In this document: positions 13,046 to 27,374 of the stretch, in pieces
Layout of the letters: each line of letters starts with the position of its first letter
Position numbering within the stretch: the stretch's first letter is position 1
Origin: Eledone cirrhosa
Lineage: Eukaryota
Direction: 5' to 3'
DNA length: 64,000 nt
Assembly (NCBI GenBank): GCA_964016885.1
Contig: OZ024743.1
Location: 123,752,001 to 123,816,000, forward strand
Position numbers and translations under genes: made by a program
Notes under the pieces: generated by a model
Told to the model about the DNA's origin: nothing
The model's database searches: none
The model's input: only the letters and a program-made list of their open reading frames with translations

Positions 13046-14986
13046 ATCAATAATTACCTTTATGTAGAAATAAAAATTATACTTAGATCAATTTAGACAA
13101 CTAGCATTTAAATTTTCCTCTAGTCACAAGTGGGTTATTATAAAATAGTAGTGGTACTTAGTACCTAAATGGAAACTTTATTCAAAAGTGGTATTTATAC
13201 TAATATGCGATAATGTAGAAGTTATGTGTGTTTCCCTCTTTAGTCAATAAATAGAGAAAAGTTAGCAATGAGAAACATACACTTGGTTTTTTTTTTTGCT
13301 TTGTTGGGGTTTTTTTTTGGGGGGGGGGGGGGGTGCAATGTTTTCATTCTTATTTAAGTTGAATAAGAACTTTATCAAGAATTTGGAATTGTAATTTTTA
13401 CATTTTGATATAGAACCATGCTTTTTCACGACACATCAGTGCACTGGGTGACGGCTAAGTCACTCGCGATATAGATCGGGTAATCACATAATACAGATTA
13501 TAAGTTAATCATAAACGCCTCATGACTAAAACAATCTTCACAAATTCAAGGGGACGCAATTTACGATCATCTGTCAAGGCGGCCACGTATCTCTAACGTA
13601 ATGAAAACTGCATCCCAAAGGTTGGGTATTCTTTTAAAAGCCACTATTTCACGTCTGAACGGCTGCTGACTGACTTTTTACAATAAGATAAGGAAATCTA
13701 TTCCTATATACAATAAAATAAAGAATACTTTATTAATGTGATATAGAGGCAATTATTGGTAACAAGTATTCATTAACAAGCAATAAAGGTATATTATTTT
13801 CAGGATTGGAGTAAATGGTATTGTGAGTTTTGTTCGTTTTCTAGTGCAGCCTAGCACGTCTCCTTCACCATCCCCCCGGGAAAAGCCTTCTTCATTCTGT
13901 CAGTCGGGGCCGCGTGGCGGACAGCGCGTGAGCCCTCATTTGCTCATAATAGTTTGGTTGTTTTGTGTTCGGACCTTGTGTATATGGACACACAGCCATG
14001 TATACATCAATATACTTATTTCAGATTGGTGTATGAAACCACATTCAAAACATCCCCCAGCGGGAATATGACAGCCTAGTCTCATCGGAACGTACAGATC
14101 ATATAGCTATCACGTATAAGCAATTGCTGATCGAAGACTAAATGAACTATGTGCTGACGTATAAGTCTGCTCTGACTGACCTGTGGCTAAACAACAACAA
14201 TATGCCAGTCAACAGCACTTGCCACTGATTTAAGAAGAGACAAATAAATGTATCTGAAAAAATATTATTGAAGCCTTTCAAATATTTTCCATGTTCCTAT
14301 CGAACATGATAGTATAATCTTAAGGTGTTCACACTATACAAAATAATTTTTGTATAGTCATAAACAATATTTATTATGCGACAGCCTTTCATATAAATAC
14401 AGTTTTTGCTTACTAAGTATAGAAGTTCCGTTATCTTTGACGTGGCAATTTTAGATATTTTTTGTTGCTTTTTGCAACTGTAATCTTAAACGCAACTAAA
14501 GAGACGTTTTGGATGTTTACACTAACCTTGTCAGAATTCTTGTTAAAACAGAAGACTAAATAAATGAAATTATAGAAATTAGATCTAGTCTAATGGCGTA
14601 GCCTAATCTCCTTATCAAAGATCAGGCATCTGACCACTTGAGAAGAGTGCCTTGCAGCCAACGAATATTGTTACTGCGATCAAACATTTATCGGATTGGA
14701 AAAATTCCAAGTAACCATGCTACATAGTAACGGTGTTTGCTTAGCCGAAGTTAAGAATATTTGTGAGAAACAGCAGAAAACCAAACAGCATAAGAAGCCA
14801 TTAAAGTGGTTGAAATGGTATCACTGATCTTACAGACTACAGCCAAGTCAGATTGGATGTCTTCTTGAATTTATGATCACACTTATCCGTTGTTAAAGGA
14901 TATAGAAAATTTGAAAATAAATTTATGTGGTGGCTGTAAGATTTTACACACATACACACACACAAATATATATATATATATATATA

Positions 14987-15149
14987 TAGATGAGATTCTA
15001 CAGGACTAGAACTGTTTCATTCATTAGAAATCATCAGGAATGAAACAGTTCTAGTCCTGTAGAATCTCATCTATATTAAAACTTTTATACTCTGCTATGT
15101 ATTGAGTACCTTACTTACTGTGGTTACCTCCGATTCAACCCGGAATAAC

Positions 15150-15150
<1 letters not shown>
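14987..15150. mobile_element. Penelope-like pseudo-LTR fold-back (family B) in (TA)n
   Basis: Inverted repeat about 14987-15075 plus tail; related copies at 15645-15712, 29322-29512 and 39135-39308. Confidence 0.75.
14995..15041 (-). ncRNA. Type I hammerhead ribozyme motif (family B)
   Basis: ATTC-CTGATGA-TTTCTAATGAAT-GAAA-CAG-TTCTAGTC-CTG-TA-GAAT; GUA cleavage triplet. Confidence 0.65.
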
Positions 15151-15214
<64 letters not shown>

Positions 15215-15217
<3 letters not shown>

Positions 15218-15535
15218 ATATTAAATAAATGGAAACTATTTATAAAACCATATTTATTCTACTATATATATTTCAAGGGTACCAAAACTTTGGTTCGCTT
15301 TCATCAGATAAAATACGAAGTGTGTTTTATAAATTTTGACATAACCAAGGAAAATACCTTAACGGTTCAAGGAAAACTTGAACCGTTAAGGTATTTTCCT
15401 TGGTTATGTCAACATTTATATGACACACTTCGTATTTTATCTGATGAAAGCGAACCAAAGTTTTGGTACCCTTGAAATATATATAATAGAATAAATATGG
15501 TTTTATAAATATAGTTTCCATTTATTTAATATCAG
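15215..15535. mobile_element. About 320-bp palindromic PLE pseudo-LTR (family C) with a hammerhead on each arm
   Basis: Arms about 15216-15370 and 15379-15535; next to (TA)n; related to 42901-43005. Confidence 0.78.
15433..15495 (+). ncRNA. Type I hammerhead ribozyme motif (family C); mirror copy on minus at 15255-15315
   Basis: TATTTTAT-CTGATGA-AAG…ACCAAA/TTTGGT…CTT-GAAA-TATATAT-ATA-ATAGAATA. Confidence 0.7.
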
Positions 15536-15711
15536 TGAATATTATACTCCAGAAAAATTGTCGAGTGCTCTGAATCAGTTATAAACATTTATATTTGTTG
15601 AATGACCAACAAATTGAATATCCCTTCTGCTTATATATATATAACTATATAAAAGTTTTAATATAGAAGAGCTTCTACTACTGTGGTTACCTCCGACTCA
15701 ACCCGGAATAA

Positions 15712-15766
<55 letters not shown>

Positions 15767-15807
15767 CTGCGAGGTTTTTGATATGAAATCGTGTGTCGAA
15801 ACAAATA

Positions 15808-16382
15808 TTGTTATACTTGGGGAGGGTCATATTTGTGTAATAATATTGCCAGAATTAATAACAGAACACACTCACTGTTTGGTTAGTTTTCGCTTCTGTG
15901 TCTTTTATATCGGTTAATTTAATTGTTTTATTCGGTCCTCAATGTTACCATTGACTGACCAACGGTCAAAAATACAGATATAATATAGACACAAACACAT
16001 ATATATAGTCTAACAAAGTTCTTTCGGTGCACATCTGCAACATCGTCAGTGGTGCTATTATGTTTATGTCAAAATTTATAAAACACACTTTGTATTTTAT
16101 CTGATGAAAGCGAACCAAAGTTACAAAGAATACAACGGGAGGAAACATAATAGCACCACTGACGATGTTGCAGATGTGCAACGAAAGAACTTTGTTAGAC
16201 TATATATATGTGTTTGTGTCTATATTATATCTATATTTTTGACCGTTGGTCAGTCAATGGTAACATTGAGGACCGAATAAAACAATTAACCGATATAAAA
16301 GACACAGAAGCGAAAACCAACCAAACAGTGAGTGTGTTCTGTTATTAATTCTGGCAATATTACACAAATATGACCCTCCCCT
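15808..16382. mobile_element. Palindromic PLE pseudo-LTR (family A) with CTGACGA hammerhead motifs at 16043-16049 (-) and 16159-16165 (+)
   Basis: Arms of about 240 bp homologous to the 3' end of the RT/GIY-YIG PLE at 36760-38510. Confidence 0.8.
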
Positions 16383-16474
16383 ATATATATATATATATAT
16401 CAAAGTCAACCTACTATATCCCTTCCATATACTGTACCGATTGTTATTTGTTTACACTTTACATACATACAAAC

Positions 16475-16509
<35 letters not shown>

Positions 16510-16535
16510 CAGAGAGATGAGTTAAGACTAATAAT

Positions 16536-16720
16536 TGTTTCTACTTTTGGCACAAGGCCAGCAATCACCCAGTACATTACTGGTACTTTATTTTATCGAC
16601 CCGCGTAAGGATGAAAGGAAAAGTTAACCTAGGCGGGATTTGAACTCAGAATGGCAAGGGCCGTAACTCTATGCGTCAAAGCATGGTGTCCGACCCTCTA
16701 CCGATACTGCCAATCCACTT
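16536..16720 (-). mobile_element. Meta-type SINE, full length
   Basis: Same family as 9237; TSD GACTAATAAT at 16526 and 16721. Confidence 0.85.
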
Positions 16721-16904
16721 GACTAATAATATTATTTAACTTAGTACGCCATAGTTCACGAAATTAAAGTATAGATATTATCATTTGATACAATGCCCGA
16801 TAGTTAAGCTTTAACCGTTTCCATGACAACGGTTTAAACTTGACAGTTGCTTATATATAGATATGTGTGTGTGTGTGTGTATGTGTGTATGCGTGTATTC
16901 TATA

Positions 16905-17030
16905 GTCGCCGGTATGACTGTGGTTATGTAATTCACTTCGCAACGCCGTGGGATTTCAAGTTTAGTTCCACTACATGGCACCTTCATGAAGTGTCTTCGT
17001 CTATACGCTCAAGTTGACTGATGCCTTGGA
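16905..17030 (+). mobile_element. Degenerate CORE-type SINE
   Basis: tRNA-like head followed by GGCACCTTCATGAAGTGTCTT (CORE-like). Confidence 0.5.
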
Positions 17031-17131
17031 CTATTATTTTTTTTTATAGATCTTGGATCATCCATGGGTGATGCCAGATGCACAATATCGTGGGTGGAGG
17101 AGGTGAGATAGGAGTTTCTGACAGTAATATA

Positions 17132-17639
17132 TCTATATATTACTAAAGCTCTGTGATTGCGTACTTGCTTGCCTGCTTGCCTGCTTGCCTGCTTGCCTGC
17201 TTGCCTGCTTGCCTGCTTGCCTGCTTGCCTGCTTGCCTACTTGCCTACTTGCCTGCTTGCCTGCTTGCCTTCTTGCCTTCTTGTTTGCTTGCTTGTCTGT
17301 AATGTAATACAGCCAAAAGGGCGCATAATTTGAAAATACTTTGAAAGGAAGTTGTCCCTGAAATGGGAATACAAATGGAATAAAATAAGTTTCGTGTAAA
17401 TCGAAGCACGGGTTCCCGAGATATGGGGTTTTCTGGGTACCTTCATTAGCAGAGAGAGAGAAAGATAAGGAGAAAGCGATAGTGGCTGTGAGAGAGTAGA
17501 TTGAAAGAGAGAGATAGAGAGGGGGAGAGAAGACAGAGAAGGAGAATGGAAGAGAGTGAGAGATGTTGGTGTTGTAAATTTGTGATTTTTTTAAAATATT
17601 TTGAAGTGAACGTGACCCAACTGGTCACGGGTGGTCTAG
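17132..17639 (+). mobile_element. Non-autonomous Helitron
   Basis: A|TCTATATATTACTAAAG start; internal (TGCTTGCC)n; subterminal hairpin CGTGACC-CAACT-GGTCACG; CTAG|T end. Confidence 0.8.
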
Positions 17640-18361
17640 TTTGTTCTAAAGTTGCCTACCTTGGTGTAAAAGTAATAAAGTAAAACCCGATAGTTGCTCT
17701 CATAAACATCATTTTCAAATTGCCCCCCTTGAATATTCAAATTGCTCTCCGTATGGGGCATGCACCCCACGTTGGTAATCACTGATCTAGATCATATTCG
17801 GTCGGATGTAATATCATAAGGAATGTTGTGTGTTATGTTACATTTTTTACCAACTTACTGTTGGAAATCAATTGAATTTATTATAGCTGAAAATATTATT
17901 GTTTATTCATCATTTAAATTATTCATTGATTGAATAAAACTATTTTTGTATCTACAGTTTTATTTAAAGTTTATTTAAGATTTTGAATTATAGGTTGTTG
18001 GTCTACAAATTAAATTGTCTGATTAATCTAGGTTTTAATTAATGAGTTAAATCTAAATTATTTTCTCTTTAACTGAAGATTAATCTAAATTCTATATCAA
18101 TATGTATACTTTAAACAAAGTATCACAAAGTCTGTGATCCAATACAGACATTGCCTGTTATTCATAAAACTACTTTCTATAATTGGTTCAAATCTTAATA
18201 TCACTTCAGAAAAAAATTTGCCTCAACATCGGAGATGGGGCTGCTGTTTCACAAACAAACATCCTAAGCTACCCTACAGCTTGGCATAGGCACACTTACC
18301 AACATATTCCGAACTCCGGTCTGCAGATATGTTTTCTCCGTTCTCACCCTTTCTCTCTCAC

Positions 18362-18446
<85 letters not shown>

Positions 18447-18460
18447 ATATATATATATAT

Positions 18461-18669
18461 ATTATTGAGTAAAATGACAGGAGGTCGGACTGGTGAAATT
18501 CCTTCAAAGATTTATTATAGCAAACACTATGTACATTTCAGTGGCCAGGTTCCGTAAGATCCTAGTGATCACCAGGATCTTACGGAACTTGTTCACTGAA
18601 ATATGTTTGCTATAATAAATCTTTGAAGGAATTTCACCAGTCCGACCTCCTGTCATTTTACTCAATAAT
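18461..18669. mobile_element. About 210-bp fold-back, probable PLE pseudo-LTR end
   Basis: Near-perfect inverted arms next to (TA)n; hammerhead 3' half GAAA-TGTACA-TA on minus. Confidence 0.6.
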
Positions 18670-18810
18670 AATTAACTCCGTTCTCGCACCACCGAGAAGT
18701 CTTAACATCGAAGATGGATGAGTTGCATAACGTCGAATGCTTTTCCATTATGGTTGACTATACGGAATGACCAGTTCTATCCAGTGGTGAACCTAAATAT
18801 ATATATATAT

Positions 18811-18978
18811 ATAGGAAAATGTTTAACCCCGACGGCAGAGTCCAGAAATAGCCGTCGAAACGGCTTTAGCTCTGCCGTCGGGGTTAAACATTTTCCTATT
18901 ACCCACTCTACTACCCTAAATATTGAGTACTCTGGTGCGTTATGGTCCATCTGCTTCCTAACCACACCCTCTTCGTTA
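18811..18978 (+). mobile_element. PLE pseudo-LTR end (family D) with short inversion
   Basis: Matches the terminus of 48612-51279; other copies at 29532-29658 and 31453-31535; all lie in (TA)n. Confidence 0.78.
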
Positions 18979-19010
<32 letters not shown>

Positions 19011-19088
19011 ACCTCCTCCACTTGCTCGAAGTGTGAACCTAATATAACTGTGTAAACATGGCTCGTTTGTTTTGTTTGTTTCATTTAT

Positions 19089-19140
<52 letters not shown>

Positions 19141-20229
19141 CCTTTTTCTGTCTGTTGGTCTCTCTATCTACCTATCTTACTTCCTTTCTCTGTCTCTGGG
19201 TTATTTATTTTCTAAACAATGATAACCTGCCCACAGTCTTGTATATCTACTTAATGATTCGTCCATCCCCATATCAGCAATTACAGCGAAGTTAATGCTT
19301 CGCTAATGATGTTATAATAAGAACAAAACGTGTGCGAAGTTATCTCCCGTACTTGCCGAAATAGCTAACATTAGGCTGTCCGCACTAAATAATTATTTCT
19401 AACTTTCTTTTTATCTTCCCTACATCGAATATGATAAGACTATCTTAACTACTATATATTAATGCTAGCTATGTTACAATTAACTTATGCATTATGCATC
19501 TAACTCTGAACGCTATCAAAACAAACTTCAATATCTCAATATACACACCATGCCACTATTTATGGCATTACATGATTTCTCTTCTGTATTAGTATTGGAA
19601 TTCTTCTTTTCTATATTTTTTAATATACTTACAGACTGATCATTTAAAATATTGGCTTCTGTTATCTCTTATAGATAACGACAAAAATGTTATTAATACA
19701 ACGACGTATTTATTGAGACAAAAAAGATTTATGCAGCGAATAATCAGTTCCTGAAGAATGAAAATACAACCAGATATTGTACAGTCACTTCTGATATTTA
19801 TACTTTTCGACAATGAAGACTTTACATAGTCACTTGACCTGCTAAAAATAACAACTTATTTCAATATCATAACCAGCCGTTTTAAAATAAGGTCATATTG
19901 CACAATGTAGTAATAGGTATGTAAAAAATAAAAAAGACAGGAGGATCATGTCTGGAACGCTGTTAATAAAAAGTCTGTTCAATGAGAGCTAACATTGGGT
20001 TAAACAACAACAACAACAAAGATTTCGGGAAAGATTATTCCAACAAAATGTTCTTTTTTTTCCCAAAAGATTATTGTAATAAAAGAGAATATCCTACTTA
20101 GGTGGCTGACTAAACATTTTAGCTTCTTAGTTATTCTTAATTCCATTGAGTTTTTTTTTTACCAATTCCACCCACACACTCCACCATACTTACGTATACA
20201 ACTATAACATACATACATTTTTGTTCATG

Positions 20230-20310
20230 TGTGTGCATATATATGTATATATATATATATATATATATTTAAAAGAATAGAGATATATATAAATATATAT
20301 ATATATGTGG

Positions 20311-20390
<80 letters not shown>

Positions 20391-20511
20391 AATGCATGTA
20401 TATTCGATATATGCATGTGATGTACACATACATTATATATTTCCTGTCTGACTATGTGCGTACATACACACACGCGCACATACACACAGGCACACAAACA
20501 CACACCCACAT

Positions 20512-20573
<62 letters not shown>

Positions 20574-20746
20574 ACACATATAATGAATATATATGTGTTT
20601 AAATGTGGATGGAAATGTTGGTGTGTGCATTGTACATTATGCTGCGTATGTGTAGATATATCTTTGTCATTAGGTATAGAAATGCATATGTGCAAATGAA
20701 TGTTTGTCTACATATATATATATATATGTGTATATATATACATATC

Positions 20747-20810
<64 letters not shown>

Positions 20811-20811
20811 A

Positions 20812-20845
<34 letters not shown>

Positions 20846-20889
20846 ATATTTATATATAGATATATATATAGATAGATATATACTGTATG

Positions 20890-20931
<42 letters not shown>

Positions 20932-20934
20932 CGC

Positions 20935-20967
<33 letters not shown>

Positions 20968-20969
20968 CG

Positions 20970-21005
<36 letters not shown>

Positions 21006-21027
21006 CACACACATATATACATATATA

Positions 21028-21063
<36 letters not shown>

Positions 21064-21160
21064 CATACATATATATAGATATATATATACATATAATATA
21101 TATATATATGTGTGTATATATACATATATATATATGTATATACATATATATATACGTATA

Positions 21161-21228
<68 letters not shown>

Positions 21229-22140
21229 CACACACATATATACATATATATATTTATATATATATATATACATACATATATATAGATATATATACATATA
21301 ATATATATATATGTGTGTATATATACATATATATATATGTATATACATATATATATGTATATATATATATATTCGTGTATATGTGTGTGCTCACGCGCGT
21401 GTGTTTGGTCAATAATCTTGGTTTCAAAATATATTATTTTTTACTTCAACAATATATTTTGCTTTTTATTTCCATCTAAAATTCATTATAATCTTCACAG
21501 TTCTTCTTTACTCCATTTATTTTTTTTTATTTTTGTACTTTTTCTTTTAATTTTCCTATTTTATTTTGTTTCTGTCAAATATCTATCTTCTTCTCTATCT
21601 CTTCTTCCCCCTCTCTACATTTCCTCTCTCTCTCTCTATCACTCTCGCTTTTCGTCAATGTCACTTAGATTTTTATGAATGTTTGTGTTTGCGGCTGCCC
21701 AAGTGTGTGTATGCGCCTGTGTATGTGTGTGCGTGCGTGTGTGTGTGTGTGTGTGTGTGCGTGTGTGTGTGGGGGTTTGTGCACGTGGTCATGTATGAAT
21801 ATATGGGGCCTAATTTCAGAACGACACTAAAATACATACGGATATGACTCTTTACCTGCTATGTATGTATACATGATATATGTATGCATGTGTGTATGTA
21901 TGTATGAATGTATGCACATATATATATATAACTTTATATATATATATATATGTATGTATGTATGTGTGTGCATGTCTATATATATATAGAGAGAGAGACA
22001 TGCACATATATATATATGTGTGTGTGTGTGTGTGTAAACGCGTATGAACGCATACACCTATACATACACACATTGTATACATAAGTATGTGTGCGCCCGT
22101 GTATATGTGTATGCGTTTGAGTACGTATGTATGTGTGTTT
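20230..22140. repeat. Compound (TA)/(TG)/(CA)/(TATG) microsatellite field
   Basis: Direct reading; other large (TA)n tracts at 24690-24820, 28720-28930, 36530-36760, 39862-40070, 45650-46005 and 48500-48612. Confidence 0.97.
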
Positions 22141-22510
22141 AGTTTCTATCCTGCTTTCTAGATTAATCCATAGATCTATATTTTTAGCGGAGATATTCGA
22201 TCACTGAGATAACAGTGATTTTTACCAATCTGTGGTGCACTACCATTTCATTGATTTTATTCCAATACCACGTTCTAGTGTCTACGGTTTATAGACTCAC
22301 TTCCAGTGACAGTGGCACATACACCACCTGCTGATAAGGTCATTCAAACGAAAATATATATCTTACCTTTTACAGTGTACCTGAACATTTAAAAGAATAT
22401 TAAGAAAAGAGAGAGAGAGCTGCATAAAAAGAAGACGATACATAAAAGATAACAGTACAAGAGCTGAAGTGTTTGTGATATCAACATTATCCATCATCAA
22501 TAGCATCATT

Positions 22511-22546
<36 letters not shown>

Positions 22547-22681
22547 TTTATTATTAATATTATTATTATTATTATTATTTCTTAGTAGCTGTCAAAACTT
22601 TATCTTTTTCTCTGCTCTATTTTGCCTTTCTCCGTATCTCTTCGCATATTCATCATGTTTTCGTTTGTTTTGTTTTTTGTA

Positions 22682-22831
<150 letters not shown>

Positions 22832-22915
22832 TGTGTGTGTGGGTGAGTTTGTGTGTGCTTAATTGTTTACGGGCTTCATTTTGATTTTCTGTCCGTGTAT
22901 ATTTTTCTGTATGCA

Positions 22916-22976
<61 letters not shown>

Positions 22977-23023
22977 ATATATGTCTTTATGAGTAAATTT
23001 CCTTGCGCATTCACGAACATATT

Positions 23024-23090
<67 letters not shown>

Positions 23091-23266
23091 CTGTGTGTGT
23101 GTATGTGTGTGTGTGTGTGTGTATGTGTGTGTGTGTGTGTTTGCGTGTGTGTTTGCGTCTGTATGTGTGTGTTTGAGTGCGTGTGTATGTATGTGTTCGT
23201 TGTATTTTGTAACTATGTGTATATCTGCGTATTCCTGCTTTGTTGAGTATTTATGTGTAAGTTTTT

Positions 23267-23359
23267 CAGGATATCTGACTGTGAATTTATCTAATAGACG
23301 CCATGTTACTGTCCAGGATATCTGACTGTCAATTCATCTAATAGACGCCATTTTACTGT
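23267..23359. repeat. 47-bp tandem duplication
   Basis: CAGGATATCTGACTGT…TAATAGACGCCAT…TACTGT present twice. Confidence 0.85.
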
Positions 23360-23959
23360 ATCTTAATGATTATGTCGTGTCGGTAATATTGCACAATCTT
23401 TGCTTAAGGTAAGACTACTTGTTTGAAGAGGTTTCGAACCACTTTCCTATTTGGGTGAGGGGTTACTTTCGGAAAATAACTAAAGCACTAATAAACTCCC
23501 AGATGACAGATTCTATTTAGTTGGATAGCAGAACATTTAGTCACTGTCTCAATTTATTAGCAGTGAAGAAGTTTCATTTTTGTTTTCTCACATTTAGCAC
23601 ATTGCTAATCATTTTTTGATTGGGTGTAGTCAACTTAATCAACTCCATCTCTCTTCTCTATTATTGTTTATTTTATTGAACCCAGAGTTATGAAAATCAA
23701 AGTCTATCCCAGTCAGATTTGAATTCAAGACGTAAAGAAACGTCCATCGATGTGACATTGTTACCTTAATTGAACACAAGTTGAATTTTGTAATGGAAGG
23801 GAGTGTGGTTGATTCCCACGACACCAATGTATTGCTGGCACTTACTTTATCGATGCCAAAGGAGTAAAAGAGTGTCAGGGTTTCAACTGAAAACAGAAAG
23901 GAAAGAAAGTATAATCTATTTAGTGTTAGTGCACTAGATATTCCTCATTATTTGTAATA

Positions 23960-24160
23960 ATGGTTTCTATCATTGGCACGAGGCCATCAATCTGGGAGAA
24001 GTTAAAGTCGATTATGTCCACCAGACTTAGTATATTCTATCGACCTCTAAAAGATGAAAAGTAAAGTTGACTTTGGCGGGATTTGAAACTAAAAGAGAGC
24101 CGTAACGAAATACTGCAATGTATTTCATCCAACACACTAACGATTCTGCCAATCCACCAC
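23960..24160 (-). mobile_element. Degenerate Meta-type SINE
   Basis: AAAGTTGACTTTGGCGGGATTTGAAACT; imperfect TSD CCTCATTATTTGTAATAATG / CCTCGTCATTTATAATAATG. Confidence 0.7.
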
Positions 24161-24581
24161 CCTCGTCATTTATAATAATGAATTCCATGAGACAAGCAAA
24201 ATGTCTTTGTTGGAAAAATGAACCAGGAAGAATTAAATCTACTTAAATTTATAACTGGTCTAAATATCGTCACTGGAAGGGTTCTTTGTGATACTCAAGT
24301 CTGCTACCGTTACTTTTTAAAGTTCTTTGTGTTGTTTTTTCTCGCAACGCCTACTCTTAATGCTTACGAAACCTTTTATTTTAACCCCAAAGGGTTAAAA
24401 GCGTGATTCTTTGATCAAATGTTCAGAAAGCTACTTATATTTTTCTTCTTGAATCATTCCGGCTTTGATTATAAATAGTCAAAACAATTTTACTTATTCA
24501 TCGATTCATCGAGGTATTTTGCTTTTAGTTGCTTTATATGATGCTGGCGCCTAAGACTGCAGGGTCAACTTAAAATGTATC

Positions 24582-24671
<90 letters not shown>

Positions 24672-24676
24672 CGTGC

Positions 24677-24707
<31 letters not shown>

Positions 24708-24710
24708 CAC

Positions 24711-24834
<124 letters not shown>

Positions 24835-25918
24835 GTGTGTATACATATATATTTATATATATGCTATACCTGATCCCATAAGTTATAGCTAGAATTTTAA
24901 ACAATGTATTAGACAAAAGAGAAATTACTTGTCTGTGACCATAAAATTACCAACCACATCAATATATTTCCATTGAACATCCTCTCTCCTATGAATGCAA
25001 CGGTCGCCCTAGAACACATTAATGATCAATATCGTAAATTCAATAGCTATTTTCAAACCAATATAGCCGTATCGATATTTTTATGCTTTAGTTCAAAAGA
25101 AACATAAAGAGACATTTATAATTGATAACATAATTTGTATCTAATTTGTTAAGTAAAAGAGATATTTTTTGAAAAAGTATGTCTGACAGTTGTGTCTAAA
25201 TCACATCATTTTATAGGCACGGATGTATATTGAAGCTTGACGACTTCCTACAACCCACTGGAGACTCTGTATTGACATAAACTTTCTAAGACTATTCAGC
25301 CTGGTGATGCACATCTCTTTCCAATCAATATCTTCGGTATAAATTGTTTTCAGCAATGGAAGCTAATGAAAAATTGTTTAATCTCTCACCACTTATATGG
25401 TGCATTTCTTTACAACAAAGAAGAAAGGATAGGTTAAGACTAAGTATCTCAGCTCTGAGTATCTGTCATGTGATATTATCTATCAACTATTTTATTATGT
25501 TATACAAACTACGAAGGTCGGCTGAAAAGTGTATACGCTGACCAAGATACTCTCGTAAAATAACCAAATGAGATTTATTTTTCAACCGAGTCTCTGGAAA
25601 GAAATAATGCAGTTATTAATAAGAAGAGTTGTAATTAATGAATGCAAGATTTCACATTATCATTCCTTCATAGTCAGCCTATGAAGGTCTGTAACCAAAA
25701 ATGTTATCTATGAGCAAAACAAAGAGCCAAGCAGAAAACATTTGATAAAGTTGTCCGTCAAAGTTTAAAGGACAAAGAGCATGGAAAAGTAGCTATTAAC
25801 TAAATATTATCATAGCTGCGCTGTGGACAACTGAAGGTCATACATGGAAGAAGTGATAAAGAGAATCTGAAAGCCGAACATAGTAGAAATTTAATCTTAA
25901 AGATTTGAGAAAGTTCTC

Positions 25919-26139
25919 TTAATCCTTTAGCATTTAAACCGACCATATCCGGCCATAATTCTCACTTCTTTCTGTTGAAAGTGGCTGCAACCGGCCGCTC
26001 ATACTGATGTTAAAGTATTGTTCTCAAAATAAATAATATAAAAATCTCATAGATTCGATACTATGTGAGATAATTTATTATGAGATCAAGCCTTAAAAAA
26101 AGCCGTAAATATAGAGTAATGTAAATGCTAAAGGGTTAA
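25919..26139. mobile_element. piggyBac-like MITE (TTAA target included)
   Basis: TTAA-TCCTTTAGCATTTA … TAAATGCTAAAGGG-TTAA terminal inverted repeats. Confidence 0.72.
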
Positions 26140-26783
26140 ACATAAACGGTTGATGTTAGATAGAACGATAGGGTTCCACTAATTTTGTCCAAGGACTGTG
26201 AAATCTTGCATGCAATAAAGTGTAGGGGCCAATACAGTTTAATACCAGTGTGATGCAAGTGGACTCATGGCACAAAAGATGAAAAGAGATTTTTTTTTAA
26301 ATCACCTTCAACCCGCCCTATACTCGTAGTATATTTACCGACCACGAAAGGATCAGCTCGGCGGAATTTGAACACAAAGCACAGAGAGTCGGAACAACTA
26401 CCAAGAGGCTTTTAATCCGGTGCTTTTGTTTACACATATATATAGAGAGAGATGAAGGAAACGTATAACGAATGAGAAAAAGTGACCCTAACCCTAGTCC
26501 CATCACAGCGAAAGTTTGTCTTAAACCTACTTTCGAAAACAATCGATATAAAAACATATATATATATATATATATATACGTGTGTGTTGTAGACACACAA
26601 GTATACACACATACCCACAGTAAGACATGCTCACGTATACAATCAAGAGAATGCCCTTAATCAGACGATGAACATGATACAAAAAAGAAAACATCGAAAT
26701 ACTCAAGCGGAGATAGTTTAACTGCGACTCAAAGAATACATGTGTGTGAGAATGTAACATTTTGTTGTTGTTGTCGCTGATGT

Positions 26784-26815
<32 letters not shown>

Positions 26816-27374
26816 TTGTTGTTGTTGTTGTTGTTATTGTTGTTGTTGTTATTATTGTTGTTGTTGTTTATCCCTTGTTCAGCTCAATCTGAGCAGACTT
26901 ATGAACAAAGGCATTCAACCATAAAAATTCTTCTTCTTCTTCTTCTTCTTCTTCTTCTTCTTCTTCTTCTTCTTCTTCTTCTTCTTCTTCTTCTTCTTCT
27001 TCTTCTTCTTCTTCTTCTTCTTCTTCTTCTATATATATATATATAACATATTGATTGACAACATTTTTGTGACCACAATTTGGTAGAAGGAAACTGCAGA
27101 AACTCATCGTATGTGTATATATATATATATATATACGCATGTGTGTGTTTATGTCTCGGTATCTAGAGGTTAGACAAAGAGAGATCGATAAAATGAATGA
27201 ATACCAGATGAATAAGTACTTGCTCTGATATAATCGATCTCAAATTCCTTTAAGACGTGGCACCAGCATCGCTGCAATCTAATAAGGGCAACCAGTTTAA
27301 GAGTGTGTATGTATGTATGTAAGTATGTATGTATGTATGTATGTATGTATGTATGTATGTATGTATGTATGTCT

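Noticed and set aside
17161-17300. Regular short repeats that could be mistaken for a CRISPR array
   Set aside because: Spacerless (TGCTTGCC)n inside a Helitron; eukaryotic context and no cas genes
22188-22334. Plus frame ending …DSGTYTTC, resembling an Ig D-x-G-x-Y-x-C motif
   Set aside because: Wrong spacing, immediate stop and no other Ig features
25510-25690. Possible Tc1/mariner terminal remnant (TACGAAGGTCGGCTGAAAAG)
   Set aside because: Matching second terminus not convincing
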